Shown here piece after piece: positions 19,294 to 31,124 of a stretch of DNA of 64,000 bases. The translations under genes were made by a program, and so were the position numbers. The stretch is taken from NCBI RefSeq assembly GCF_032191835.1, contig NC_083224.1, positions 1,240,001 to 1,304,000 of the forward strand. Direction: 5' to 3'. Every line of letters begins with the position of its first letter. The first letter of the stretch is position 1. The notes beneath the pieces were generated by a model that worked only from the letters and a program-made list of their open reading frames with translations, was not told the DNA's origin and did no database searches. Origin of the DNA: Heteronotia binoei (taxonomy: Eukaryota).

Positions 19294-20464
19294 AAAATAG
19301 CTCTGCCCAGAAGAAAACTTCAGTCCAACTTCTAGAAATATCCAAAGTTTCGTAGCAGTAAACAATCACAATAGTAGTATCAATAACAACTATATATCTC
19401 CTGCGAGCACAGTCTTCCTCGTGGCAAATTCTCTGTGTGACTCCAGAACGTTACATATATGAACATATGAAGCTGCCTTATACTGAATCAGACCCTCAGT
19501 CCATCAAAGTCAGTATTGTGTACTCAGACTGGCAGCAGCTCTCCAGGGTCTCAAACTGAGGTTTTTCACACCTATTTGCTTGGACCCTTTTTAGCTGGAG
19601 ATGCCGGGGATTGAACCTGGGACCTTCTGCTTACCAAGAAGATGCTCTGCCACTGAGCCACAGCCCCATTCATGGCTCTCCAGGGTCTCAAGCTGAGGTC
19701 TTTCACACCTATTTGCCTGGACCCTTTTTTGGAGATGCTGGGGATTGAACCTGGGATCTTCTGCTTCCCAAGCAGATGCTCTACCACTGAGCCACCGTCC
19801 CTCCCCATATGAAGCTGCCTTATACTGAATCAGACCTTTGGTCCATCAAAGGCAGTCTTGTCTACTCAGACTGGCAGCGGCTCTCCAGGGTCTCCAGCTG
19901 AGGTTTTTCACACCTATTTGCCTGGACCCTTTTTTGGAGATGCCAGGGATTGAACCTGGGACCTTCTGCTTCCCAAGCAGATGCTCTACCACTGAGCTAC
20001 CGTTCCTTCCTAACATTTTTTCTAGTCCAGAGTAGGAGTCGATCCACATGGGTTGGCTCAAAAGGTTAATTTTCCTTCACGCGATCGCCAGCTTGAAGAT
20101 GCATGTTTCGCTGAATGGAGCTTTTCCCGTAAGCCGAATAGATATTTACTATAGAAGATCTCTTGTACGTGCCAATTTCTCGAGATATTTTTCTCAAACG
20201 ACGGCTTGAGAAAAACACCTCCAGAAACTGGCGTGTGCAAGAGAAAGACTCCTACTCTGGACTGGAATTCTGCATCTTCTATGACTTTTTTTAACCTTTA
20301 AAAAAGCATTCTGGAGTCACACAGAGAGATTGCTACGAGGGATACTTTGCTCGTACGACATATATTGCTACTGAAACTGCTTTTGTGATTGTTTACTGCT
20401 AAGAAACTTTTGATATTTCTATTAAGTTGTACTGAAGTTTTTTTCCGGGCACAGACGTTTTGTT
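19294..20464. mobile_element. Unclassified foldback-like element with about 155-bp inverted termini, interrupted by SINEs
   Basis: 19294-19448 is a diverged reverse complement of 20309-20464; there are internal inverted repeats. Confidence 0.5.
19455..20010 (-). mobile_element. tRNA-head SINE cluster (3 heads)
   Basis: GATGCCGGGGATTGAACCTGGGACCTTCTGC occurs three times. Confidence 0.85.
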
Positions 20465-21136
20465 ACTGGTTTTTCCACTGTGCCTCCTGATACAGAATTT
20501 TCCCACTGCCCTCCTGATACAGAATTAAGGCAGCCTCCATGGGAACTCAGTAGGATACTGGGAGGCTCAGCCACTTTCTGCAGTATCTCCTCCTCCCCCC
20601 TTCCTCCCCCAGTAGCTGAGCTGCTTCCCAGAGCCCTCGCTCGGTTCTCCAAACACCTCTTGTGTGAAACAGGATCTTGTGGCTGCTGGAGGAAGGGCTG
20701 AGGCCCTCCAACCACAACTGAAGAACCAACGGACTGCAAAGATTTAAAAAATGCCCTTGTTAAGTTCAACGTACTGCTGGGCAAGCTCAGACCATTCATT
20801 TCAGCAAGCGGACTCCGGCTGCGTGAGGGAAAAGGGCTGGGGGCTCAGGAAGAGAGCACTCCGCACCTGAGACTTTCTGGAACAACCTAAGGGCAGCAAT
20901 CAGACTGCTGCTGGTACACTTAGCCCAGCCTCCTGCCTCATACAGTGGCCCACAAGAAGGCACAGAGTCTGAAGTTCTCCCTGATGTTGCCTCCTGGCAT
21001 TGGAGCTCCCTTTCCTAACCCTGGCTCACAACCACCGATGGACCTCTCCTCCACACATTTAAAGCTGCCTGGGCTGGTGGCCACACCTCCCTCCCTCCCT
21101 CCCTCCACTGGCAGTAGGAAACAGCCAGAATCCTAA

Positions 21137-23356
21137 GAGAACATAAGAACATGAGAGAAGTCATGATGGATCAGGCCAGTGGCCCCTCCAGTCCAACACT
21201 CTATGTCACATAAGAGAAGCCCTGTTGGATCAGGCCAGTGGCCCCTTCAGTCCAACACTCTGTGTCACATAAGAACATAAAATAAGTCATCTTGGATCAG
21301 GCCAATGGCCCATCCAGTCCAACACTCTGTGTCACATAAGAGAAGCCCTGTTGGATCAGGCCAATGGCCCCTTCAGTCCAACACTGTGTCACATAAGAAC
21401 ATAAGAGAAGCCCTGTTGGATCAGGCCAGTGGCCCCTCCAGTCCAAAACTCTGTGTCACATAAGAACATAAGATAAGCCCTGTTGGATCAGGCCAATGGC
21501 CCCTTCAGTCCAACACTGTGTCACATAAGAACATAAGAGAAGCCCTGTTGGATCAGGCCAATGGCCCCTCCAGTCCAACACTCTGTGTCACATAAGAGAA
21601 GCCATGTTGGATCATGCCAATGGTCCCTCCAGTCCAAACTCTATGTCATATAAGAAAAACCATGTTGGATCAGGCCAGTGGCCCCTCTAGTCCAACACTC
21701 TGTGTCACATAAACATAAGAGAAGCCCTGTTGGATCAGGCCAGTGGCCCCTCCAGTCCAACACTCTGTCTCACGTAAGAACATAAGAGAAGCCCTGTTGG
21801 ATCAGGCCAATGGCCCATCCAGTCCAACAATCTGTGTCACATAAGAACATCAGAGAAGCCCTGTTGGATCAGGCCAATGGCCCCTCCAGTCCAACATTCT
21901 GTGCCACACATAAGACCATAAGAGAAGCCCTGTTGGATCAGGCCAATGGCCCCTCCAGTCCAACACTCTGTGCCACACATAAGACCATAAGAGAAGCCCT
22001 GTTGGATCAGGCCAATGGCCCATCCAGTCCAACAATCTGTGTCACATAAGAACATCAGAGAAGCCCTGTTGGATCAGGCCAATGGCCCCTCCAGTCCAGC
22101 ACTCTGTGCCACACATAAGACCATAAGAGAAGCCCTGTTGGATCAGGCCAATGGCCCATCCAGTCCAACAATCTGTGTCACACATAAGACCATAAGAGAA
22201 GCCCTGTTGGATCAGGCCAATGGCCCCTCCAGTCCAACACTCTGTGCCACACATAAGACCATAAGAGAAGCCCTGTTGGATCAGGCCAATGGCCCCTCCA
22301 GTCCAACACTCTGTGTCACATAAGAACGTAAGAGAAGCTCTGTTGGATCAGGCCAGTGGCCCCTCCAGTCCATCACTCTGTGTCACATAAGAACATAGGA
22401 GAAGCCATGTTGGATCAGGCCAGTGGCCCCTCCAATCCAACACTCTGTCTCATATAAGAACATAAGAGAAGCCCTGTTGGATCAGGCCGATGGCCCATCC
22501 AGTCCAACACTCTGTCACATAAGAACATCAGAGAAGCCCTGTTGGATCAGGCCAGTGGCCCATCCAGTCCAACACTCTGTGTCACATAAGAACATAAGAG
22601 AATCCCTGTTGGATCAGGCCAATGCCCCTCCAGTCCAACACTCTGTGTCACATAAGAGAAGCCATGTTGGATCATGCCAATGGTCCCTCCAGTCCAAACT
22701 CTATGTCATATAAGAAAAACCATGTTGGATCAGGCCAGTGGCCCCTCTAGTCCAACACTCTGTGTCACATAAGAACATAAGAAAAGCCCTGTTGGATCAG
22801 GCCAGTGGCCCCTCCAGTCCAACACTCTGTGTCACATAAGAACATAAGAGAAGCCCTGTTGGATCAGGCCAGTGGCCCCTCCAGTCCAACACTCTGTGTC
22901 ACATAAGAACATAAGAGAAGCCCTGTTGGATCAGGCCGATGGCCCATCCAGTCCAACCCTCTGTCACAAAGAACATAGAGAAGCCCTGTTGGATCAGGCC
23001 AGTGGCCCATCCAGTCCAACACTCTGTGTCACATAAGAACAGAAGAGAAGCCCTGCTGGATCAGGCCAATGGCCCCTCCAGTCCAACTCTCTGTGTCACA
23101 TAAGAACATAAGAGAAGCCCTGTTGGATCAGGCCAGTGGCCCCTCCAGTCCAACACTCTGTGTCACATAAGAACATAAGAGAAGCCCTGTTGGATCAGGC
23201 CAACGGCCCATCCAGTCCAACACTCTGTGTCATACAGTGGCAAAAAATTTATATATACACACACACTGTGGCTAATAGCCACTGATGGACCTCTGCTCCA
23301 TATTTTTATCTAAACCCGTCTTGAAGGTGGCTATACTTGTGGCCGCCACCACCTCC
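21137..23356 (-). repeat. Tandem array of CR1 3'-end units (57-70 bp, about 32 copies) plus CR1 3' UTR running into the gap
   Basis: Reverse complement of the 4235-6147 unit; 69-bp GTGCCACACATAAGACC variants at 21860-22320. Confidence 0.93.
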
Positions 23357-23456
23357 NNNNNNNNNNNNNNNNNNNNNNNNNNNNNNNNNNNNNNNNNNNN
23401 NNNNNNNNNNNNNNNNNNNNNNNNNNNNNNNNNNNNNNNNNNNNNNNNNNNNNNNN
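23357..23456. other. Assembly gap (100 N)
   Basis: Run of 100 N directly after a CR1 3' array. Confidence 1.
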
Positions 23457-23965
23457 AATGTCACCCTGTGGAGGGGCTGTGGATTGTCCCTGCAGTCCCC
23501 TCCCATGCCCAACTTTCCAGGACCTGAACCCGGGGCTCTCTTGGAGCACCTATCTAGAGGTGACTCCTGGGCCTTGTATCCGGGGAGGGGGGGGGGGGCT
23601 CCCGTTCTAGCTATAGCTGAAGAGGGGCAGCTCCTCCCCTGCCTGCCACAAGGGCTGCCAAGTCCAGTCAAGAAATATCTGGGGACTTTGGGGGTGGAGC
23701 CAGGAGACATAAGAGGTGGAACCAAGATCAAGGCTGTGACAAGCATAATTGAACTCCAAAGGGAGTTCTGGCCATCACATTTAAAGGGTCTGCGCACCTT
23801 TTAAATGCCTTCCCCTTCATTTGAAATAATGAAAAATAGGAGCACCTTCTTTTGGGGCTCGTAGAATTGGACCCCTTACTCCAATCTTTTTGAAACTCGG
23901 TGAGCGTTTTGAGGAGAGTCACCGAATGCAATGCTGAAAATGTGGTGCCTCCAACTCAAAAGAAA

Positions 23966-24260
23966 GAGCCCCGTGGCGCAGAGTGTTAAAGCTGCAGTAC
24001 TGCAGACCTAAGCTCTGCTCACGACCTGAATTCAATCCCTGGCAGAAGCTGGGTTTTCAGGTAGCCGGCTTGAGGCTGACTCAGCCTTCCATCCTTCTGA
24101 GGTCAGTCAAATGAGTCCCCAGCTTGCTGGAGGGAAAGCATAGAGAACTGGGGGAGGCCATGGCAAACCACCCCGTAAAAAGCCTGCCCTGAAAACGTTG
24201 TGGAAGCAAGGTCACCCCAGAGTCGGAAACGACTGGTGCTTGCACAGGTGACCTTTCCTT
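23966..24260 (+). mobile_element. SINE with Meta-type central domain
   Basis: AGAGCCCCGTGGCGCAGAG head; GACTCAGCCTTCCATCCTTC...GGTCAGTCAAATGAG domain. Other copies at 27923-28200, 37038-37335, 37339-37605, 38832-39110. Confidence 0.75.
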
Positions 24261-24399
24261 TTCCTAACTAAAAAAAAACCCCAGCTCATCCGGAGCCCCA
24301 GATACCTGTGGATCAATTCTCCATTATCCTATGGGATTCTATCTCCATAGGGAATAATGGAGTGCCCAGAAGACATTTCCCTCCTCCCCCCCCACCCCC

Positions 24400-25260
24400 G
24401 CCGCTATCTGCTGAGCCTGAAGCCGGGGGGGGGGGAGGGCCTCCAAACCGGGGGATCCCCTGCCCCCACCTGGGGATTGGCAACCGCCGCCGCTGTTGCC
24501 CTGGGAGGTGCTGCTGGCCTCCGGCTCTTTCCTGCCGCTGCAGCCAACGAAAGGCGGCCACCGCTCTGTCTCCGGGGCCAGGGACTCCGTGGGGCCACCA
24601 GGAAGCTTGGGGGGGACCAGCCCTGACTCGAACACAGCTCCGGGCCTCGGGGGAGCAGGCGGGAAAGAGCTCTCTAGCCCAGGGGCCGGGGGAGAAAGCC
24701 CTTCCCGCAAGCCGCCCTTCCTTTCCCCGAAGGGAAGGGGCTCTCTTCTGGGCAGCAGCTGCCCGGGGAGGAGGAGGCGGAGGGCGGCGGCTGCCTCGAC
24801 GCGCGTCCTTGGGGCGCTTCCTTGCAGGCCCGCAGAAGCCGCGGAGGGGAGGCTGGCGCTCTGCACGCGCTCAGAGGAGCAGGCGGGGCTGGCTCACCGG
24901 CGGGGGGAGAGGGGGGTGGAGGGCCGCGCCGCTTCTCGCCTCTGCCTGCCCTCCGGGGCCGCCCCGACCGCGCTGCCAGGCCGCGCAGCAGCGGCTCCTC
25001 CTCCTCCTCCTGCTGCTGCTGCTGCTGCTGACCTCGATCTGGCCGGCGCCGGCCCAGCCTGCAGCCCCGAGCCAATCCGCAGCGGCCGGCCTGGTGCGCC
25101 GACAAGGGCAGGCGGCGGCGAGGATCGGGGCCCGCCGGGGAGGGAGGGAGGGAGGGAGACGCCGCCTCCTCCTCCCCCCTCCGCCTCCTGCGCCCCGCTC
25201 CTCTCCCCGAAAGCGGCCCGCCAGACACGGACTCGAACTCCGCTCAGTGCGGCCCCTCTG
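24400..25260. promoter_or_regulatory. CpG island, probable SNX21 promoter
   Basis: Very high CpG/GC content, CCAAT at about 25072, upstream of SNX21 on the minus strand. Confidence 0.7.
24898..25050 (-). other. SNX21: Candidate non-coding first exon of SNX21
   Basis: Lies in a CpG island. Donor CCG|GTGAGC at 24897; CCAAT at about 25072. I saw no ATG. The 5' boundary is a guess. Confidence 0.45.
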
Positions 25261-25283
25261 GTGGAAAAAGATGATTTGTGTGC

Positions 25284-26090
25284 GGAGAATCCTAGAGCAG
25301 GAAGGCACCTCCATGGTCATCTAGCCCAACCCCCTGACCAATGCAGGGAACTCACAAACACCGCCCCCTAAATTCACAGGATCCTCATTGCTGTCAGGTG
25401 GCCATCCAGCCTCTCTTGAAAAACCTCCGAGGAAGGAGAGCCCACCACCTCCAGAGGATAATAGAATTCAGTGGAAGGTGCCTCCAGGGTCATCTAGTCC
25501 AACCCCCTGCACAATGCAAGAAACTCAAAAACCCCTCCCCCTAAATTCACAGGATCTTCATCGCTGCCAGATGGCCATCTAGCCTCTGTTGAAAAACCTA
25601 GAATCCTAGAGTTGGAAGGGACCTCCAGGGTCATCTAGTCCAACCCCCTGCACAATGCAAGAAACTCAAAAACCCCTCCCCCTAAATTCACAGGATCTGC
25701 ATTGCTGTCAGGTGGCCATCCAGACTCTGTTGAAAAACCTCCAAGGAAGGAGAGCCCCCCCCCCCCCCCCAAGGAGAAAGCCTGTTAGAATCATAGAAGA
25801 GTTGGAAAGGACCTCCAGGGTCCTCTAGTCCAACCCCCTGCACAATGCAGGAAACTCACAAACCCCTCCCCCTAAATTCACAGGATCCTCATTGCTGCCA
25901 GATGGCCATCTAGCCTTTGTGGAAAAACCTCCAAGGAAGGAGAGCCCACCACCTCCCGAGGAGGAAGCCTGTTAGAATCATAGAAGAGTTGGAAGGGACC
26001 TCCAGGGTCATCTAGTCCAACCCCTGCACAATGCAGGGAACTCACAAACGATTCCCCCTAAATCCACAGGATCCTCATTACTGTCAGATG
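25284..26090 (-). repeat. Multimer of CR1 (ATTCTAT-tail) 3' ends, about 5 units
   Basis: Repeated GGTCATCTAGTCCAACCCCCTGCACAATGCAGGAAACTC...AAATTCACAGGATC. Confidence 0.88.
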
Positions 26091-26309
26091 GCCCTTTTTG
26101 CAGAAAAAGCACAGCAGGAACTTATTTGCATATTAGGCCACACCCCTGACCCCAAGCCAGCTGGAGCTGCGTTCCTGCTCAAAAAAGCCCTGTCAAAAGG
26201 CCATCTAGCATCTGTTTTAAAAATGTCTCCTCCTCTTTTCTCCCCCGCCCACTGGGAGGGAGGGGCTGCTGAGGACATGGTCCTCAGGAGTGTCTCAGAG
26301 AGCACAGGG

Positions 26310-26647
26310 GAGGGACGGTGGCTCAGTGGCAGGGCATCTGCTTAGGAAGCAGAAGGTCCCAGGTTCAGTCCCCGGCATCTCCAACTAAAAAGGGTCCAGG
26401 CAAATAGGTGTGAAAGACCTCAGCTTGAGACCCTGGAGAGCAGGGGAGAGATGGTGGCTCAGTGGCAGAGCATCTGCTTGGGAAGCAGAAGGTCCCAGGT
26501 TCAATCCCCGGCATCTCCAAAAAAGGGTCCAGGCAAATAGGTGTGAAAAACCTCAGCTTGAGACCCTGGAGAGCCGCTGCCAGTCTGAGAAGACAATACT
26601 GACTTTGATGGACCAAGGGTCTGATTCAGTAGAAGGCAGCTTCATAT
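26310..26647 (+). mobile_element. tRNA-head SINE dimer
   Basis: Two heads plus a tail. Confidence 0.82.
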
Positions 26648-27326
26648 GTCCCCCCCCCCCCCCCGCTTCTCTCCCCACAAGCAACCCCGAGGAGGAGGAG
26701 GCCAGGCACAGCGTGGGGTAGGCGCCCCCATTCTGCGCCCCCCCCCCCCCCCCCGTATCTTCCACGGACTTAGTGAGCACCAGACTGTACTCGCCTGCCA
26801 GCTGCCTCTCCCTCCTCGCCCAACCCAGCCTAAGTCTGGCCTTGAAGCCTTCTGGACCTGCTTCTCGCTGAAGCAAAGCGTGGACAATGGTGGGGACAGG
26901 AGGGATGGGGAAGGGAGTCCTGCTGCTGTTGAGGTCATCAGTCTTTATGGGGCCGCTGGACTTTTCTTGTACTCAGGCTGATCTATTGCAAGGGAGGGGC
27001 AGGGGGGCTGCGTGGCTGGACAGACCCTTGTCCAGGGGCACCTTTAGGCCAGTTCTACTCCAGTTGAAGCCCAGAGCTGGACAGGCCAGGCCGATCTCAT
27101 CAGATCTCAGAAGCTCAGTTGGGTCAGCTCTGGCAAGAACTTGGATGGGGGAATACCAGCAGTTGGGAGGCAGGGGCAGGCTTTATTCAGCCACCTCCCT
27201 CAATATCCTCCAGGCCCTCAGTCGGGTCCAGGCATCAGAGGGCAGAGACTTCCAGACACACTTGCAGACACACGCACACAAATACAAGAAATCTCCCCCC
27301 TCCCAAGGGAAAAGTTCTATTCATTT

Positions 27327-27790
27327 TGTTCCACAGAAGCCCATGGATCGCTGTGCCTCGTAGCCCAATTAAGAAACTCACGAAAGGGGTCCTGCAAGGA
27401 GAGAAAATAACTGAGAAAGCTTTTATTAAAACACCCAGACTGGTAGGGAGACATTGGGCCCGCAAGGCTCAAGAAAAGCTCAGGACGTCCCGAGTTCTCC
27501 AGAGAGACAAAGGGTGACCATAGGCCTTATACCCCTGGTGATACATGCAGATATGAAGCATTCAAGCAAACATTATTGGATACAAAAACAACGCTTCATG
27601 GCTTGTCTTCTTTCCATTGGTGAATCCCAATTTGGGATGCACCTGGGGAAACTAGATCTTGCTTACCCATCCAGGAAAGATCCATCGACACCTTGGGAAG
27701 GGTAATAATGCGCTCTGTCTTCCTGTTTGTTCCCCTGATCCCAGGCCATTTAGCAATGGTATCACCCAGACCTCAGCCTTAAATCATAAG
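27327..27790 (-). mobile_element. Possible solo LTR (ERV-like)
   Basis: Minus strand shows TATAAG (27531-27526), AATAAA (27427-27422) and an end ...GGAACA at 27327. The 5' boundary is unclear. Confidence 0.35.
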
Positions 27791-27922
27791 CACCGCTGCC
27801 CACCTGGATCTGTGCTTAGACTCAGTTTAGCTTGCTTGTGACTGAGAGCCTCCCCCCAAGGTGAGGTGCTCATAGTTTAGGCTGTGCCTACTTTCCTCAC
27901 GTCCGGAATAGGGGGCTCCTAT

Positions 27923-28200
27923 GAGAGCCCCGTAGGGCAGAGTGGTAAAGCGGCAGTACTGCGGTCTGAACTCTCTGCTCACGACATGAGTTTGAACCCG
28001 GTGGAAGCTGGTTCAGGTAGCCGGCTCCAGGTTGACTCAGTCTTCCATCCTTCCGAGGTCGGTCAAAGGAGCACCCAGTTTGCTGGGGGGAAAGCGTAAA
28101 TGACTGGGGAAGGCAACGGCAAACCACCCTGTAAAAAGTGTGCCGTGAAAGCAACGTCACCCCAGAGTCGGAAACGACTGGTGCTTGCACAGGGGACTAA
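27923..28200 (+). mobile_element. Meta-domain SINE
   Basis: Same family as at 23966. Confidence 0.75.
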
Positions 28201-28257
28201 CTTTTAATGAGCTATGGCTGACCCAAGGCCATTCCAGCAGGTGCAAGTGGAGGCGTG

Positions 28258-29690
28258 GGGAATCAGTTTGGTGTAGTGGTTAAGTGTGCGGACTATTATC
28301 TGGGAGAACTGGGTTTGATTCCCCACTTCTCCACTTGCACCTGCTGGAATGGCCTTGGGTCAGCCACAGCTCTCTTATCTGGAAGAACCGGGTTTGATTC
28401 CCCGCTCCTCCACTTGCACCTCCTGGAATGGCCTTGGGTCAGCCATAGCTCTCTCATCTGGGAGAACAGGGTTTGATTCCCCACTCCTCAACTTGCACCT
28501 GCTGGAAGGGCCTTGGGTCAGCCATAGCTCTTATCTGGGAGAACAGGGTTTGATTCCCCACTCCTCCACTTGCACCTGCTGGAACGGCCTTGGGTCAGCC
28601 ATAGCTCTCTTATCTGGGAGAACCGGGTTTGATTCCCCACTCCTCCACTTACACCTGCTGGAATGGCCTTGGGTCAGTCATCGCTCTGGCAGAGTTGTCC
28701 TTGAAAGGGCAGCTGCTGTGACAGCCCTCTCAGCCCCACCCACCTCACAGGGTGTCTGTTGTGGGGGAGGAAGGGAAAGGAGATTGTGATCCGCTCTGAT
28801 ACTCTTCGGAATGGAGGGCTGGATATAAATCCAATATCTTCATCTACCTCACAGGGTGTCTGTTGTGGGGGGGGGGGGGGGTGGAAGGGAAAGGAGATTG
28901 TGAGCCTCTCTGAGACTCTTTGGAGTGGAGGGCGGGATATAAATCCAATATCTTCATCTACCTCACAGGGTGTCTGTTGTGGGGGAGGAAGGGAAAGGAG
29001 ATTGTGAGCCGCTCTGAGACTCTTCGGAGTGGAGGGTGGGATATAAATCCAATATCTTCATCTACCTCACAGGGTGTCTGTTGTGGGGGAGGAAGGGAAA
29101 GGAGATTGTGAGCCGCTCTGAGACTCTTTGGAGTGGAGGGCAGGATATAAATCCATTATCTTCATCTACCTCACAGGGTGTCTGTTGTGGGGGAGGAAGG
29201 GAAAGGAGATTGTGAGCCGCTTTGAGACTCTTCGGAGTGGAGGGCGGGATATAAATCCAATATCTTCATCTACCTCACAGGGTGTCTCTTGTCGGGGAGG
29301 AAGGGAAAGGAGATTGTGAGCCGCTCTGAGACTCTTCAGAGTGGAGGGTGGGATATAAATCCAATATCTTCATCTGCCTCACAGGGTGTCTGTTGTGGGG
29401 GAGGAAGGGAAAGGAGATTGTGAGCCGCTCTGAGACTCTTTGGAGTGGAGGGCGGGATATAAATCCAATATCTTCATCTGCCTCACAGGGTGTCTGTTGT
29501 GGGGGAGGAAGGGAAAGGAGATTGTGAGCCGCTCTGAGACTCTTCGGAGTGGAGGGCAGGATATAAATCCAATATCTTCATCTACCTCACAGGGTGTCTG
29601 TTGTGGGGGAGGAAGGGAAAGGAGATTGTGAGCCCCTCTGAGACTCTTCGGAGTGGAGGGCGGGATATAAATCCAATATCTTCCTTCAAA
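28258..29690 (+). repeat. CORE-SINE with internal expansions: about 5 x 79-bp head units and about 9 x 104-bp tail units
   Basis: Head CTTATCTGGGAGAACCGGGTTTGATTCCCC... repeats at 28295-28680. Tail ACCTCACAGGGTGTCTGTTGTGGGGGAGGAAGGGAAAGGAGATTGTGAGCCGCTCTGAGACTCTTCGGAGTGGAGGGCGGGATATAAATCCAATATCTTCATCT repeats at 28740-29690. Confidence 0.92.
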
Positions 29691-31124
29691 CCCGTTCTCC
29701 CAGAGAAGAGGCTGCACATTTAATCACTACATCAAACCTGGGACCTCCTGCCTGTCCAGCAAAGGCTCTGCCAGTGGACCCCAAGCTGCAGCTCTCTCAT
29801 CTTCTCCAACCTCCACAGGCGCAAGCAGTGCATTGGCCACACCAGCAGCAACAAGGGGCTGGAGGAATGCGTTTCCATCCCCCTCGGTGCTCTACCAGTG
29901 AGTCTGGAAACCCGAGACCTGCGGAATGTTCTTTCTCAAGGAGACAGAATCTGCCCCCTCATACTTGACGATGCCTCAGCTGCTTCTGCAGCCTGAAACA
30001 ACAGAGAGTCGGTGGGGTTTTCTGTGCCTCTGAGCTCATCTTGGTGCCTTGAAGTTTATGGCTCCCCCCCAGAGAGACTGTGGGGCTGGCTCCCCACGGC
30101 AATCGAGTCTCTTCCGTCAGCCCGCTGAATTCGTTGGGATGCCCTCCGTGACCTGTCCAAAGCAGTCTCTGTTCAAAATCCCAGTCCTTTTTTGGCTTTC
30201 TTGCCTTGAGAGTTCAAGCCCCCCTCTCCCACAGCTCTGAGGGCTTAGGAGGAGAAGAGATTGGATTTATACCCAACCTTGAAGCTTCAGAGCAGCTTAC
30301 AATCTCCTTTTCCCTTCCCCGCCCCACAACAGACTCCCTGTGAGGTAGGTGGGGCTGAGAGAGAACTGCTCTCTCTCGAGAGAGAACTTGTGGCTGGCCC
30401 AAGGTCACCCAGCATCTGCAAGTGGAGGAGGAAAGGGGAATCCAACCCGGTTCTCCCCAATTAGAGTCCGTGCTCTTAACCACTACACCAAACTGGCTCT
30501 CCTGGGGCCAGGAGTCGTGGTTGGAAGACGGCTGCTCACCACCAGCCCACTGTGTTTCCCTACTCCAAAGGAAACCCTCCCTGCCTAGGGATGGTGCATT
30601 GTGCACAGAAGAGGGCGTGTCCAGCATGGGAAGCCTGTGAGCTCCTCTTTCCCCTTTCCTGCTCATGCCACACCGGGGATCTGATTGGGCTCTGAGGGCG
30701 ATTCTGAAAGCCCCACTGTGAGCCTCAGGTCTGCATTGGGCAGGCTTGCTTTGAGCACAGAGTGCGTTTTCCTTACCGTGGGCTTCTGCTGCCACTGTGC
30801 CTTGGGAACTCTTCCTTGCCAGCCCGGAATGTCTGTTCTGCTCCCGCCCCCACCACCCCCGGAGAGAGACTGTGGCCTTAAGGTGACTCTCAGCTCAGCC
30901 TCCGTAGGCTGTTGGATATTGTGAGAGGACGACGCAGGGGAGGTGGTTGTAAACTTCTAAAGAAACAAGCAATGCCCAGAGCCAGTACTGGGGGGCCCCC
31001 TGAAAACTCTGAATCATTTTAGCCACGACTCCAGTGAACCCCTTGACTCTGTTTGGTGGGTGCCCTCTTCCGCTTAGGGTGCTTTGTTTCCCCCTCCCTC
31101 CCCCCATCCCGAGCCAGCCGCTCC

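Noticed and set aside
24308-25371. 338-aa and 291-aa ORFs with poly-L/poly-A/poly-P
   Set aside because: Stop-poor CpG island with triplet repeats; no homology recognised.
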